Shown here in pieces: positions 50,216 to 62,130 of a stretch of 64,000 nt of DNA (its first letter is position 1; each line of letters starts with the position of its first letter). The stretch covers positions 33,666,001-33,730,000 of the forward strand of contig NC_090333.1 of the NCBI RefSeq assembly GCF_035084215.1. Direction: 5' to 3'. The translations under genes were made by a program, and so were the position numbers. The stretch is from Heptranchias perlo. Its lineage: Eukaryota. The notes below the pieces were generated by a model, which saw only the letters and a list, made by a program, of their open reading frames with translations, ran no database searches and had not been told where the DNA came from.

Positions 50216-50789
50216 TACCCAGAGAAGAGTAAGAATGCGGGAACGCACTATCACAAGGAGCAGTTGAGGTAAATAGTACAGATACATTTAAGGGGAAGCT
50301 AGATAAACACGAGGGAGAAAGGAATCGTAGGATGTGCTGATAGAGTTAGATGAAGTAGGGAGGGAGGAGGCTCTTGTGGAGCATAAACGTTGGCAGAGAC
50401 CCGTTGGGCCAAATGGCCTGTTTCTGTGCTGTGGACTCGATGTAACGAAAATGTGACACAACAAATGAAATAAAGGATTCAGGATTCAGACAGTGGAAAA
50501 GAACAGCACTACCAATGGAGGAAGTGTGTATGGCAGGTGTTACCAACAAGATACTTAAGGACAAAGAAGTCCATTAGTTCACCCATCCAAAAGTACTTTA
50601 TAGACCTCCATTGCAGCATCCAGTTGTTTCATAAATGCATTCAGGGGTTTCACCTTTATCACTATCAGGAAGTCCATTCCAAGTGTTAATCATTCCTGTC
50701 TCAGTCCTAAAGTAACCTTTTATTAAATAGTTTAAACATGTGTCCTTTGTTCTACTACAATTTCAATTAAAGAAATATTCCAGATAATT

Positions 50790-52780
50790 TCTCTTCGATC
50801 TCAACTCGTGCCCTCTCCAAGCTCACATTGTCCATGAGACCCACTTCCTGCTCCTGTGACCCCCATTCCTACTGCTAACCACCCAACCTCCCTTTCTGGC
50901 CCTTGTGCTAACTGACATTGCAAATGGTTCCCTCTCCTCAGTAACTATCCTCAAATCTTTAAAAACTGCCGGCATCACTCCCTCAAGAAACCCACCCTCA
51001 ACCCCCTCTATCCTCACGTCATGAACCTCCCTTTCCTCTCTAAAGCTCCTGAGCGTGTTGTCACCTCTGATATCCCGGCCCACCATTCCCATAACTCCAT
51101 GTTTGAATCTCTGCAATCAGATTTCCATAAGACACTGAAATGGCATTACTAAATTGATTCCTGGGATGAGAGGGTTGTCCTTCGAGGAAAGATTGAGTAA
51201 AAGGGGACTATACAATCTGGAGTTTAGAAGAATGAGAGGTGATCTCATTGAAACATATAAGATTCTAAGGGGGCTTGACAGGGTAAATGCAGAAAGGATG
51301 TTTCCCCCAGCTGGAGAGTCTAGAAATAGGGGACATAGTCTCAGAATAAGGGGTCGGTCATTTAGGACTGAGACGAGGAGGAATTTCTTCACTCAAGAGT
51401 GTCGTGAATATTTGGAATTTTCTACCCCAGATGGCTGTGGATGCTCAGTCGTTGGGAATATTCAAGACTGAGATCGATAGATTTTTGGACTCTAAGGGAA
51501 TCAAGGGATATGGGGATCGGGCGGGAAGTTGGAGTTGAGGTAGAAGATCAGCCATGATCTTATTGAATGGCAGAGGAGGGGCCATATGGCCTACTCCTGC
51601 CCCTATTTCTTTTGTTCTTATGGCATTAACTGAAGTGACCGCGGTGCATAATCCTTCCTTGTCCCTCAACATCTCCGCAGCCTTTGACATGGTTGACCAC
51701 ACCATCCATATCCAGTGCCTTTTCAGCTTGGTGGGACTGTCCTCGTTTGGTTCCACCCTTACCTATCTAATTGTAACCGGAACATCTCTCCCAATGGTTT
51801 CTCTTCCCACCCTGCACCGTTATCTTGAGTGTCAACAAAGAATCCATTCTTGGGTTTCTCTTCTTCTTCATCTACATGCTGCCTCTGACATCATCCACAG
51901 CTATGGGATCAGCTTCCACATATATGCTAATGACACTTAGTTCTACCTCTCTACCACTTCTATCTACCCCTCCCTCCACTGTCCGACAAAGCAAATCTTC
52001 GAAGAGCCCCAATTTCCTCAAGCTAAGCAATGGGAAGACCGAAGCCTTTGTCTTTACCACTCTCTCCTAAAACTCCTTTCTCATGCCATTCATTCCATCC
52101 TCTGCCCTGGCTACTGACTCAAGTTGAACCAGACTGTTCACAACCTCAGTGTTCTGTTCAATCCTGAATTAAGCTACCAACCCTATAGCCTCTCCATCAC
52201 AAAGACTGCCTCCGTAAAACTGTCCACCTCCACTCCACTCTTAATGTATCTGCTGCTGAAACCCTTATCCTTGCTTTTGTCACCTGCAAACTCAACTATT
52301 CCAATGCTTTCCTGGCCAGCCTCCCATCCACCACCGTCCATAAACTTTAGCTCATCCAAACCATGGCTGCCCATATCCTAAGTCTTCACTCCTGTCGTCA
52401 CAGACCTACCGTGGCTCCTAGACCTCCAACACCTCAAATTTAAAATTTGGATCCTCATATTGAAATCCTTCCATGACCTCACCCCATAAATCTCTGTAAC
52501 TTCCTCCCGGAGTCTCTGTTCCGCTGACTCGGGCCTCTTGTGCATGCCACACTTCCCTTCACCCCACCATTGATGGCTGTGCCTTCAGCCACCTAAGCCC
52601 CATGCTCCGGAATTCCCTCCCTAAACTCTTCCATCTCTCCAACTCACTTGCTTCCTTTGTGGCCAATATTTATACCTCAACCAACATCACTAAAACAGAT
52701 TATCCATTTTTCTCTTACACCTACATGAAGCACCTTAGGACATTTTCCCATGTTAAAAGTGCTATATAAATGCAAGTTGT
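50790..52780 (+). mobile_element. Degenerate L2 LINE with a nested CR1 3' fragment (51149-51619)
   Basis: LNISAAFDMVDH, FHIYANDT, NFLKLSNGKTE; tail gctatataaatgcaagttg. The nested CR1 (RRMRGDLIETYKIL) is flanked by atggcatta at 51140-51148 and 51620-51628. Confidence 0.8.
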
Positions 52781-53234
52781 AATTGGTACTCCTTCAAAGA
52801 AGCCATAAAGGTTGGTCAAGTATGATCTTCCCATTCTGAACCCAGGTTGGCTACTATCTACTGAGTTATTATTATACAGTTAAGCCTCAAGTTTACTCCT
52901 GCTAACCAATTTCATTATTTTACATGGAATGGAGGGGACACAAATGGGTCTGCAGTTGCCTGTGTCTGTTTTATTTTCCATTTTGAATATGGGTAGCATA
53001 ATGGCCTGTTTCCTATCTAGTTGTACCTCCCTAGTGTCCAGTACTCATTGTAATGGTTGTCAGTGTATCATCAAATTACTCCCTAGTCTCTTTCAGCACT
53101 CTGAGATAAATACTATCTATCCCTGGAAGGAATGTTCCTTATGAATATTTGAAGGAAATAATCACTGAACATATTAACTAACTTTTGCTTATCTTCAGTT
53201 TTAATTCCATTTGTATTGTTTATGCTTTTACAGC

Positions 53235-55083
53235 TGTAAAAGCTTCTATAGGTATGTAAAAAGGAAAAGAATGCCAAAGGCAAATATGGGTCCTTTACAG
53301 ATAGAGATGGGAGAATTTATAATGAAGAATAAGGAAATGGCAGAGAAATTAAACAAATATTGTGTCTGTCTTCACAGAAGTAGACACAAAAATCCTCCCA
53401 GAAATACGAGAGAACCAAGGGTCTGGCGAGAATGAGGAACTGAAAGAAATTAGTAAAAAAATAATACTAGAGAAATTAATGGGACTAAAAGTTGATAAAT
53501 CCCAAGGACCTGATGATCCAAATCCCAGGATTTTGAAAGAGGTGGCTATAGAGATAGTGGATGCATTGGTTGTCATCTTCCAAAATTCTATAGATTCTGG
53601 AATGGTTCCTGCAGATTGGAGGGTAGCAAATGTCACCCCACTATTTAAGAAAGGAGGGAGAGAGAAAACAGGGAACTACAGACCTGTTAGCCTGACATCA
53701 GTAGTAGGGAAAATGCAAGAATCTATTATAAAGGATGTGATAACAGGACACTTAGAAAATAATAATAGGATTTGGCAGAGTCAACATGAATTTATGAAAG
53801 GGAAATCATGTTTGACAAACCTATTAGAGTTCTTTGAGGATGTAACTAGTGGAATAGATAAGGGGGAACCAGTGGATGTGGTGTATTTGGATTTTCAGAA
53901 GGCTTTCGATAAGGTCCCACACAGGAGGTTGGTGAACAAAGTTAGAGAGCATGGAATTGGGGATAATATACTGGCATGCATTGAGAATTGGTTAACAGAC
54001 AGAAAACAGAGAGTAGGAATAAATGGGTCTTTTTCAGGTTGGCAGACTGTGACTAGTGGGGTACCGCAGGGATCGGGGCTTGGGCCCCAGCTATTCACAA
54101 TCTATATCAATGATTTGGATGAGGGGACCAAATGTGATATTTCCAAGTTTGCTGATGACACAAAACTAGGTGGGAATGTGAGTTGTGAGGAGGATGCAAA
54201 GAGGCTTCAAGGGGATATAGACAGGCTAAGTGAGTGGGCAAGAACATGGCAGATGGAATATAATGTGGAACAATGTGAAGTTATCCACTTTGGTAGGAAA
54301 AACAGAAATGCAGAGTATTTTTTAAATGTTGAGAGATTGGGAAATGTTGATGTTCAAAGGGACCTGGGTGTCCTTGTACATGAGTCACTGAAAGCTAACA
54401 TGTAGGTGCAGCAAGCAATTAGGAAGGCAAATGGTATGTTGGCCTTTATTACAAGAGGATTTGAGTACAGGAGTAAAGATGTCTTTCTGCAATTATATAG
54501 GGCCTTGGTGAGACCACACCTGGAGTATTGTGTACAATTTTGGTCTCCTTACCTAAGAAAGGATATACTTGCCATAGAGGGAGTGCAGCGAAGGTTCACC
54601 AGACTGATTCCTGAGATGGCGGGATTGTCGTATGAGGAGAGATTGAGTAGACTAGGCCTGTATTCTCTAGAGTTTAGAAGAATGAGAGGTGGATCTCATT
54701 GGAAAATACAAAATTCTTACAGAGCTCGACAGGGTAGATGCAAGGAGGATGTTTCCCCTGGCTGGGGAGTTCAGAACCAGGGGTCACAGTCTCAGAATAA
54801 GGGGTGGTCCATTTAGGACTGAGATGAGGAGAAAAATTTCTTCACTCAGAGGGTGGTGAATCATTGAAATTCTCTACCCCAGAGGGCTGTGAAGGCTCAG
54901 TGATTGAGTACATTCAAAACAGAGATTGATAGATTTCTAGATATTAAAGACATCAAGGGATTGGGGATGGTGCAGGAAAATGGCATTGAGGTAGAAGATG
55001 AGCCATGATCTTGTTGAATGGTGGAGCAGGCTCGAGGGGCGGGATGGCCTTCTCCTGCTCCTACTTGTTATGTTCTTATGTTC
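53235..55083 (+). mobile_element. 5'-truncated CR1 LINE (premature TAG at 54403-54405, later frameshift)
   Basis: 347-aa and 136-aa in-frame RT ORFs (YLDFQKAFDKVPH, KFADDTK); (TTCTTATG)n tail. Confidence 0.95.
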
Positions 55084-55084
55084 A

Positions 55085-55880
55085 CCTCTTTTCTGACTGT
55101 CCATTTACTGTTATAGTACGAAATCAATGTTTTACTGTTAGATTTAGCCTCTGCTGATTTGCCTTTCTCTAAGTCTCTCTTTGCCCTTCTGATCACCCTT
55201 TTAGCTCTTTTCTGCATTTTCTTGTATTTATTCCAGTGAACCTCTCGTCCTGTCTGCATTATTTGTGGAGGTTATTTTTCTTCTTTATATCAGTTTTAAC
55301 TTGTTAATACATTTTGGATCATGTTTGTTTCGTCTGAGCTTATTAGTTTTCTGTATGTACTTATCCCGCGTATATAAAATTATACCTTCAAAGGTGTTCT
55401 AAATAGAGGTCAAGGTAAGCACTGCTTCTTGTTACTTCCTTGATGCACTGGGTCAAAACAATCGTGAGTTAAATTTACCAAATCTGATTCTGAAACACTT
55501 GGATTTTCCCAGTTTACATTTGGTTGATTGAAGTCTTCAATTAAAATAACTTTCCTGTTCCGACATTCCCTTCCTATCTTTTCATAGAGTAACTTGTCAT
55601 TTATTTCATGCTGGTCTGAGGATCTGTACCACCCCCCGACAGTTAGCTTAGATTTTCTGTATTCGAGATGTTTGCCTCGAATAGTTCATTCAATAACCTT
55701 CCCCCTTCCACAGGATCAACTTTGTTTACCTCCCAGATGTCCATGACATATAGGGCTACTCCACTTCCTTTTTTTGTCCACTTCGTCTTTTTTGAATACT
55801 CTATACCACTGAATATTATATTAATTTGTATCCTCATTATTTAGCAATGTTTCTGATACTTCCACTAGATTATTGTTGCC
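55085..55880 (-). mobile_element. Old CR1 ORF2 N-terminal (endonuclease-side) fragment
   Basis: Minus ORFs KKGSGVALYV and KRVIRRAKRDLEK...KSNSK. Confidence 0.55.
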
Positions 55881-56309
55881 GACTGCAGAGCGGCCTTCAA
55901 TTCTGGCACCTTATAATCAATGCTTCTAGCACTTATGAGAAACCTCATAATAAAGATCTATTTCCTTTCAACTCCCCCAGTGTCTGCTTATTCCTGGTCT
56001 CCAGTTCATGTATGCCTTTCTGGGTTTCTGTGTCCATGCCCAACTTTCACCTACCTTCTCTCCCGTGTCCAGTCTATCCTGGATCCTGTTTCCTCCCTCC
56101 CACTCATCTAGTTTAAATGATTCTCAATAGCTGCCTCACTTAGAGTGTTACCTATTGAACAATAGAAGCTGGCATTTCTGTTACACTTTAGGCATTACCT
56201 AATGTCAAATAGTGACAAAAACAAAACCTCAATAATTTTACTATTGAAGATATATAATATTGAAGATCTGTATAAAATGTATGTTAACTCATTCAAATAA
56301 TAAACTGGA

Positions 56310-56880
56310 TAAAAAACAGAAAATGCTGGAGAAGCTCAACAAGTCAGGCAGCATCTGTGGAGAAAGAAACAGAGTTAACGTTTCAGGTTGAGTACCTTTC
56401 GTCAGAACTGGAAGATGTTAAAAGAGTTAAAGTTTTTAAGCAAGTACAGAGCTCGGGAAAGGGGGGAGGGAGGGAGGGATGGAAAGAACAAAAGGGAAGG
56501 TCTGTGATAGGGTAGAGGACACGAGTGATTAAATGACAAACGGGATGATGGTGCAAGGCAAGGAGGGTGATAATGGGACAGGTTAAAAAACAAATGGCAG
56601 CAGCAGAACCATTACCAACACTAGCTGACCGAAAAATGGGAGAAGTGGTTATGACCTGAAGTTATTGAAATCAATGTTGAGTCCGGAAGGTTGTAAAGTA
56701 CCTGAACGAAAGATGAGGTACTATTCCTCATGCTTACGTTGAGCTTCATTGGAATAGCGTAAGAGGCCGAGGACAGAGAGGTCAGAGTAGGACTTGGAAG
56801 GGGAATTAAAATAGCAAGCGACCGGCAGCTCAGGGTCACGCTTGCGGACAGAGGGAGGTGTTCAGTAAAGCGATCACTGG
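56310..56880 (-). mobile_element. Penelope-like element 3' end with GIY-YIG endonuclease C-terminal remnant
   Basis: Frameshifted minus-strand peptide RFTEHL...RDPELPVACYFNS...LSVLGL...LIFRSGTLQPSGLNIDFNNF, followed by a 3' region carrying a hammerhead motif. Confidence 0.8.
56373..56409 (-). ncRNA. Minimal type I hammerhead ribozyme motif
   Basis: Minus strand agtt-CTGACGA-a-aggt/actca/acct-GAAA-cgtt-aact, with palindromic ACGT in place of stem III. Confidence 0.7.
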
Positions 56881-59290
56881 GAATGGGATTGAAGATTAGG
56901 AAAACAGGGACTAAAATGATAACTAGTCTGTGGGACACGACCGTTTTTGGAACTGCAGGGCAGAGTGAAATGTTTTTGGAGGGAAGTATGCTGGGTTTGA
57001 ATAGCGGAGATGGGCGAATATTATCAAGGTTTGCTGTTTACCTTTAGAAATCAGGGAGTAATGTAGGACTTTCCACTTGGAAATTAAATTAGTGGGGTCG
57101 ACTTCAGCATGTAAGTTCAGTCAGAACTCTCTGGAACAATGTTACACTTCCGAAGCAAAAGAGAGGATACAATCTTGGTAAATTTTCAGTTTCTGGAGCA
57201 GAGCAATGGAGAAATGTAGTTTCCATACAACAGAAACACATGAAAAACACTCTATTTCTGAAGTGTGCCACAATGCATTTTTCATACCCGCTGATTCAAT
57301 CCTTGTGCACAAGTTCAATTATAATTATACATTCGCCAATCTGTTGGCCGGTTCATTTACTCACGCACACTTGGGAGGGCAAAAGTGAAATTATGTTTTA
57401 AAATACTCAAGCAGAAGTCCCGCTGGTGCAAACCTGAGACTTGGCTGGGAGATGATTACTACATTATGTCATAACAACACAATTATGTTTACTTCTCCCC
57501 TTTATTTAAATTTTTATTCCCTCCCACCAAAGATGAAATGGGGGAGTTTTTAAAATTGAAAAAGTATTTTTTTTAAACAGGTTATGGGGATTTGATTCCT
57601 GGTCTGTGGAAGGGGTGGGAAAGATACCTTGTCCAGTCGTCAAGTGAGCTGCATTTGAACAGTTCAATATTTTTTCCAATACACTAAACTTCAAAGAGTT
57701 GAAGAATGGAAGTTAGAAGGTTAAGAAAGGTAAAGTGTTTTATCAAACAGTGGAGGTGGCGGGGTTGGAGGGGGGGGGGGAGATTCGGCTGATACAGATC
57801 GCATGGAATTTCGGATAAAATATTTTTCAAATATTGTATGGAATTTAGCATTCACCTACTTAGCAATCAAGGCAACATTACAAACCATCAATGTCCCAAA
57901 ACATGCAATGAACATTAAAAAATGTAAACATCATAAAGATGGTAGTGAAAAGTTTTTAATTTTTCTTGACGTTCTTTATTTGACTTAAGTAATTTGTTAC
58001 TTGGTTCTCTGTTCAAAATATTATGCCTGTTTCTTCAAGTAAATTTCTTTCAGATCAGAAACGTCTTCAGCTCTTTACAGTGCTGTGAATGAAAGAAAGA
58101 TGTGAGCAACATTACTCTGAAAAAAATCGGAAAGGAACTCTTAACAAATATAAAATTAAATGAAAATATCCATAAAATGTGGTTGGATCTGAGAGATATA
58201 AGCCTAGCAGAAGGTTTGGATTTGATGCCTCTGAACTGTTTCTCACTTTAGCTCACTTGTCTCAGTTGGTGAACTTTGATAGTTCTCTATAAATTCTCTG
58301 GTTCAGAACTGATTGCACCAGTGTCTTCACCCCCCGCCCCCCACCCCGCACCCCGCCATCCTGGGTGAGACGGTTTGGACTGTTGATTTAATTACATAAT
58401 TCATTCCCACCCCACCCCCCTTCCAGGATTGTCAGTTACTTAAGATATTCAATGAGAAGAAACTAGGTAAGAGGCAGGATCCAGTTGCATAGTTATAACT
58501 AACCTCATAACTAGATGTTGATCAATTGGAATCTCAGAGCTGTTTGTCATTCACAAATATCAACTGCAGTTGGGGCAAGTAAAATCAATTCACACATTTG
58601 AACTACTAGATGAAGGCATCTGAAAACAGCAATAACCATGCTGAGGGAAAATCTGACAATATCTGCATGACTTTATTACAAACACATCAATTACAACTGT
58701 AAAAAAATTACAGTGAGGTGTTAGTGGCATTCATGCTGAAATCCAATTCTCAAATGACCAATTCAGTGGAGTCCATCGGATTTTTTATATAAAGAGGGTG
58801 GGTAGAATTCAATGAATTCAAAAAAAATGTAATTTCAAATATATAGCACACTGGCTTTACACTTCTAGAACTTGGGTTCAAATCCAGTCAAACCTAATAT
58901 TATATACAGGCCCATCCTCATTAGGAATTGAGTCATTTTCATTAACTGTCATTATCAGTTTTCTCTCTTAAGTATAATGAGTTTACATGTCTCAACTCAG
59001 TTCCTAATGGGGATGGGCCCATAATTTGGAACAAAGTGGTAGTGTCACTCAGAGATTATAAAAATGACCAGTGTAGAAAATGGAAAAAGTCATAATGGTA
59101 AAGTAGGGAATGCTCTTTGAAGGTTGGGTTAAGACACAGAGTAGAGGAAAATGTCATTTGATTGTGTGATACTGGATGCTGACAAAAGGTGCAGTGATAG
59201 CCCTCATTTCGATGAATGCAAAAATTTGTTATAAATAAAATTTAGAAATTAAAATAAAAAATACCGAAAAACAAAATTCAGTGGTTGCAT

Positions 59291-60088
59291 AACAACAACT
59301 TGCATTTATATAGCGCCTTTAATGTAATAAAATGTCCCAAGGTGCTTCACAGGAGCGATATTCAAACAAAATTTGACACTAAGCTACATAAGGAGATATT
59401 AGGACAGGTGATCAAAAGCTTGGTAAAAGGTAGGTTTTACGGAGCATTTTAAAGGAGGAGAGAGAGGTAGTGAGGCGGAGGGGTTTAGGGAGGGAATTCC
59501 ACAGCTTAGGGCCGAGGCAGCTGAAGGCATGGCAGGGGATGCGCAAGAGGCAAAAATTGGGGGAGTGCAGAGATCTCAGAGGGTTGTAGGGCTGGAGGAG
59601 GTTACAGAGATAGGGAGGGGCGAGGCCACAGACAGATTTGAAAACAAGGATGAGAATTTTAAAATCGAGGCATCGTCGGACCGGGAGTGAATGTACGTCA
59701 GCAAGCATAGGAGGGGGATGAGTGAACATGGCTTGGTGTGAGTTAGGATATGGGCAGCAGAGTTTTGGATTAGCTCAAGTTTATGGAGGGTGGAAGATGG
59801 AAGGCCGGGCAAGAGGGCATTGGAATAGTCAAGTCTAGAGGTAACAAAGGCATGGATGAGGGTTTCAGCAGCAGATGAGCTGAGGCAGGGGCGGAGATGG
59901 CGATGTTCCGGGGCAGAAGTAGGTGGTTTTGGTGATGGAGTGGATGTGCGGTCGGAAGCTCATCTGAGGGTCAAACAGGATGCCAAGGTTGCGAATGGTC
60001 TGGTTCAGCTTCAGACAGTGGCCAGGGTGGCTAGGGAACGGGGTTTGCGGCGGGGACCGTAGACAATGGCTTCGGTCTTCCCAACATA
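59291..60088 (-). mobile_element. L2 LINE 3' fragment
   Basis: GLPSSTLHKLELIQNSAAHIL, HSLPVRRCLDFKILILVFKS...GPKLWNSLP; (CAA)n tail. Confidence 0.9.
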
Positions 60089-61894
60089 ATGGCCCAGAAT
60101 TTCCTCAGAGCTGCACCCATTCCACTGCCGTAACTTTATCAAAAATGAAGGGGAAACCACCCAGGAGAGCTGGTAGCTACTCAGATTAATTCTTTACCAT
60201 TTAGATGGATGTTCAGCTGTGCACGTTCAGCTGTGTACTTTCACAAATTAAAATTTCAGGGTTAACCAGGATCAGCCTCTAACCGTAACATAAATCAACC
60301 TGAACTCTCAAATTGTTCTCTTTGGCATTACATGAGTTTTCTCATCTCTTTCACTTTCTCACACGTACACGAGAGAAAGTACATGTGTCTCACACTGGTT
60401 AGCTAGTGATGTATACATCATTAGTAGGCTTTGAAAAAATATAGGGCATCATTGGTGAGCTGGCAAGAATAGATGTCTTAATGACCAAGATTGTGAATGA
60501 GCCACTTGAAACATGATATGGAAAGACTGAGCAATGAGGACGATAAATAACTTACAAAATGGGAAGCAGGAACTGTACCATATATCTGATCCAGCACTGG
60601 TAACCATATCAGGAATAAAAGTGTAAGACAACCCCAAAACAAAGTAAACCACAGTGAGCTCGGGACATAGATTGTTCAGTTGCAAAATTCCTAGAAACTG
60701 AATATGTGACTCTTATCAACAGTCATACTTAACACTAGTCAGATCCACCCATTTATAATGCTAATGGACAGAATATTTCAAATGGAGAAATTTGAATTTT
60801 ATAGTCTTGAGACAAGTTTTGTGAGAAATTTAATTGCATTCCACAGATTAAGTACTTACATTGTTTTGTCCCTTTTTTCTCCTTTTCCCTCTCCTTTAAT
60901 GCAATTTTTTATGCCTCCGCTGACAGAACGCGTCTTTCTTGACATCTCTGTCAATAGCTTCCACTGGGGTCGGTGTTCCTTTGTTGTGGGCCAGCAGATG
61001 TTGAATCACATGATTATCATCATCGTCCATCATCAGACAGTGGCAAGGGGATGAGGACACGTTGAATGACATACCCCACATGTTATTACAGAGGTCCTTT
61101 CCATCTATATACATCTACACAAAGAATAATGTGATTGTTATTTGGCAGATATTCATCATATCACACACTTTTTATGTACAACACCAATTCCAATTGCTTA
61201 TGTGCATTGAAGATGCAATTGCTCAAAGATACAGAATACAGAATGAGATTCATCAGCTGCAATATCCCCATCACAGAGGAGTTGCTGTAGCAACATCAAA
61301 AGGGACTGTAAGATATCTGTTTTACTTCTCTCTGAGTCCACTGTGATTTCCATACTGCTATTCTAAACTAACAAAAAAAAACTTGCTGGCAAGGTGTGGG
61401 TACATGAGAAAACATGAAAAAAGACCATCTAGCCCATTCCTTATACAGACCAATTTACCCTATTGTAAACCTATTTGATCCTCCGAGGAAAATTTTCCCT
61501 GACACCCAAAGGTAATCAAGTGAAATTCCAGAATTTCATTCTAACCTTACAACCTACATTATTCAACTCTGATCAGTTGCTTTCGACAATTACATTTTTT
61601 ATGTTCAAAGCAGTGCAAGAATCATTATGTTTTTCCTAAGTATTTGATAACCAATCTATATTTCATCCTTCAGTCTCATCCTCTACTGGCTATTTATCTA
61701 GCTCTTTTCGAAGGAGTGAATTGATTTTGCATAATGGTCACTTGGCACAGTGCTGAAGGGTGATGGCTGTCCATGGAATTATACCCAAGCAAGGAGTTGA
61801 GGAGACAAAGTGACTGAGAAAATTGATTTAAAAAAAATGCAAACATGTAATATCTTTCAATTGTTCAGTTAATTTAAAAAATCTCTTGGTGTCA

Positions 61895-62130
61895 AATCAG
61901 GGGTTGGTGGAGATGTGATGGCTGCCTTGGGCAGGTAGGAGTGGAATCATGCGAGGAAAGTCCGATGGAGCTTGACAACCGAGGAAAGGCGATGGAGAAA
62001 GATGCCACGGTCGCCCATGTCAAACATTGTGGAGAGATCCAGCAGGATAAGGAGGGACAATGCACATCAATTGTGGTCGCAGAAGATGTAATTTGTGATT
62101 TTGGCCAGGGTTGTCTCAATGTTGTAAAAA
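61895..62130 (-). mobile_element. Degenerate L2 RT fragment
   Basis: Minus strand ctggatctctccacaatgtttgacatgggcgaccgt (LDLSTMFDM, a decayed LDLSAAFDT motif). Confidence 0.55.

Larger units (their letters stand above)
49885..50445 (+). mobile_element. CR1 3' fragment split by a PLE-derived mini-element
   Basis: gaattcaggagaaacttctttacccagaga...gtaagaatg...gggccaaatggcctgtttctgtgctg, the CR1 3' end. Confidence 0.75.
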
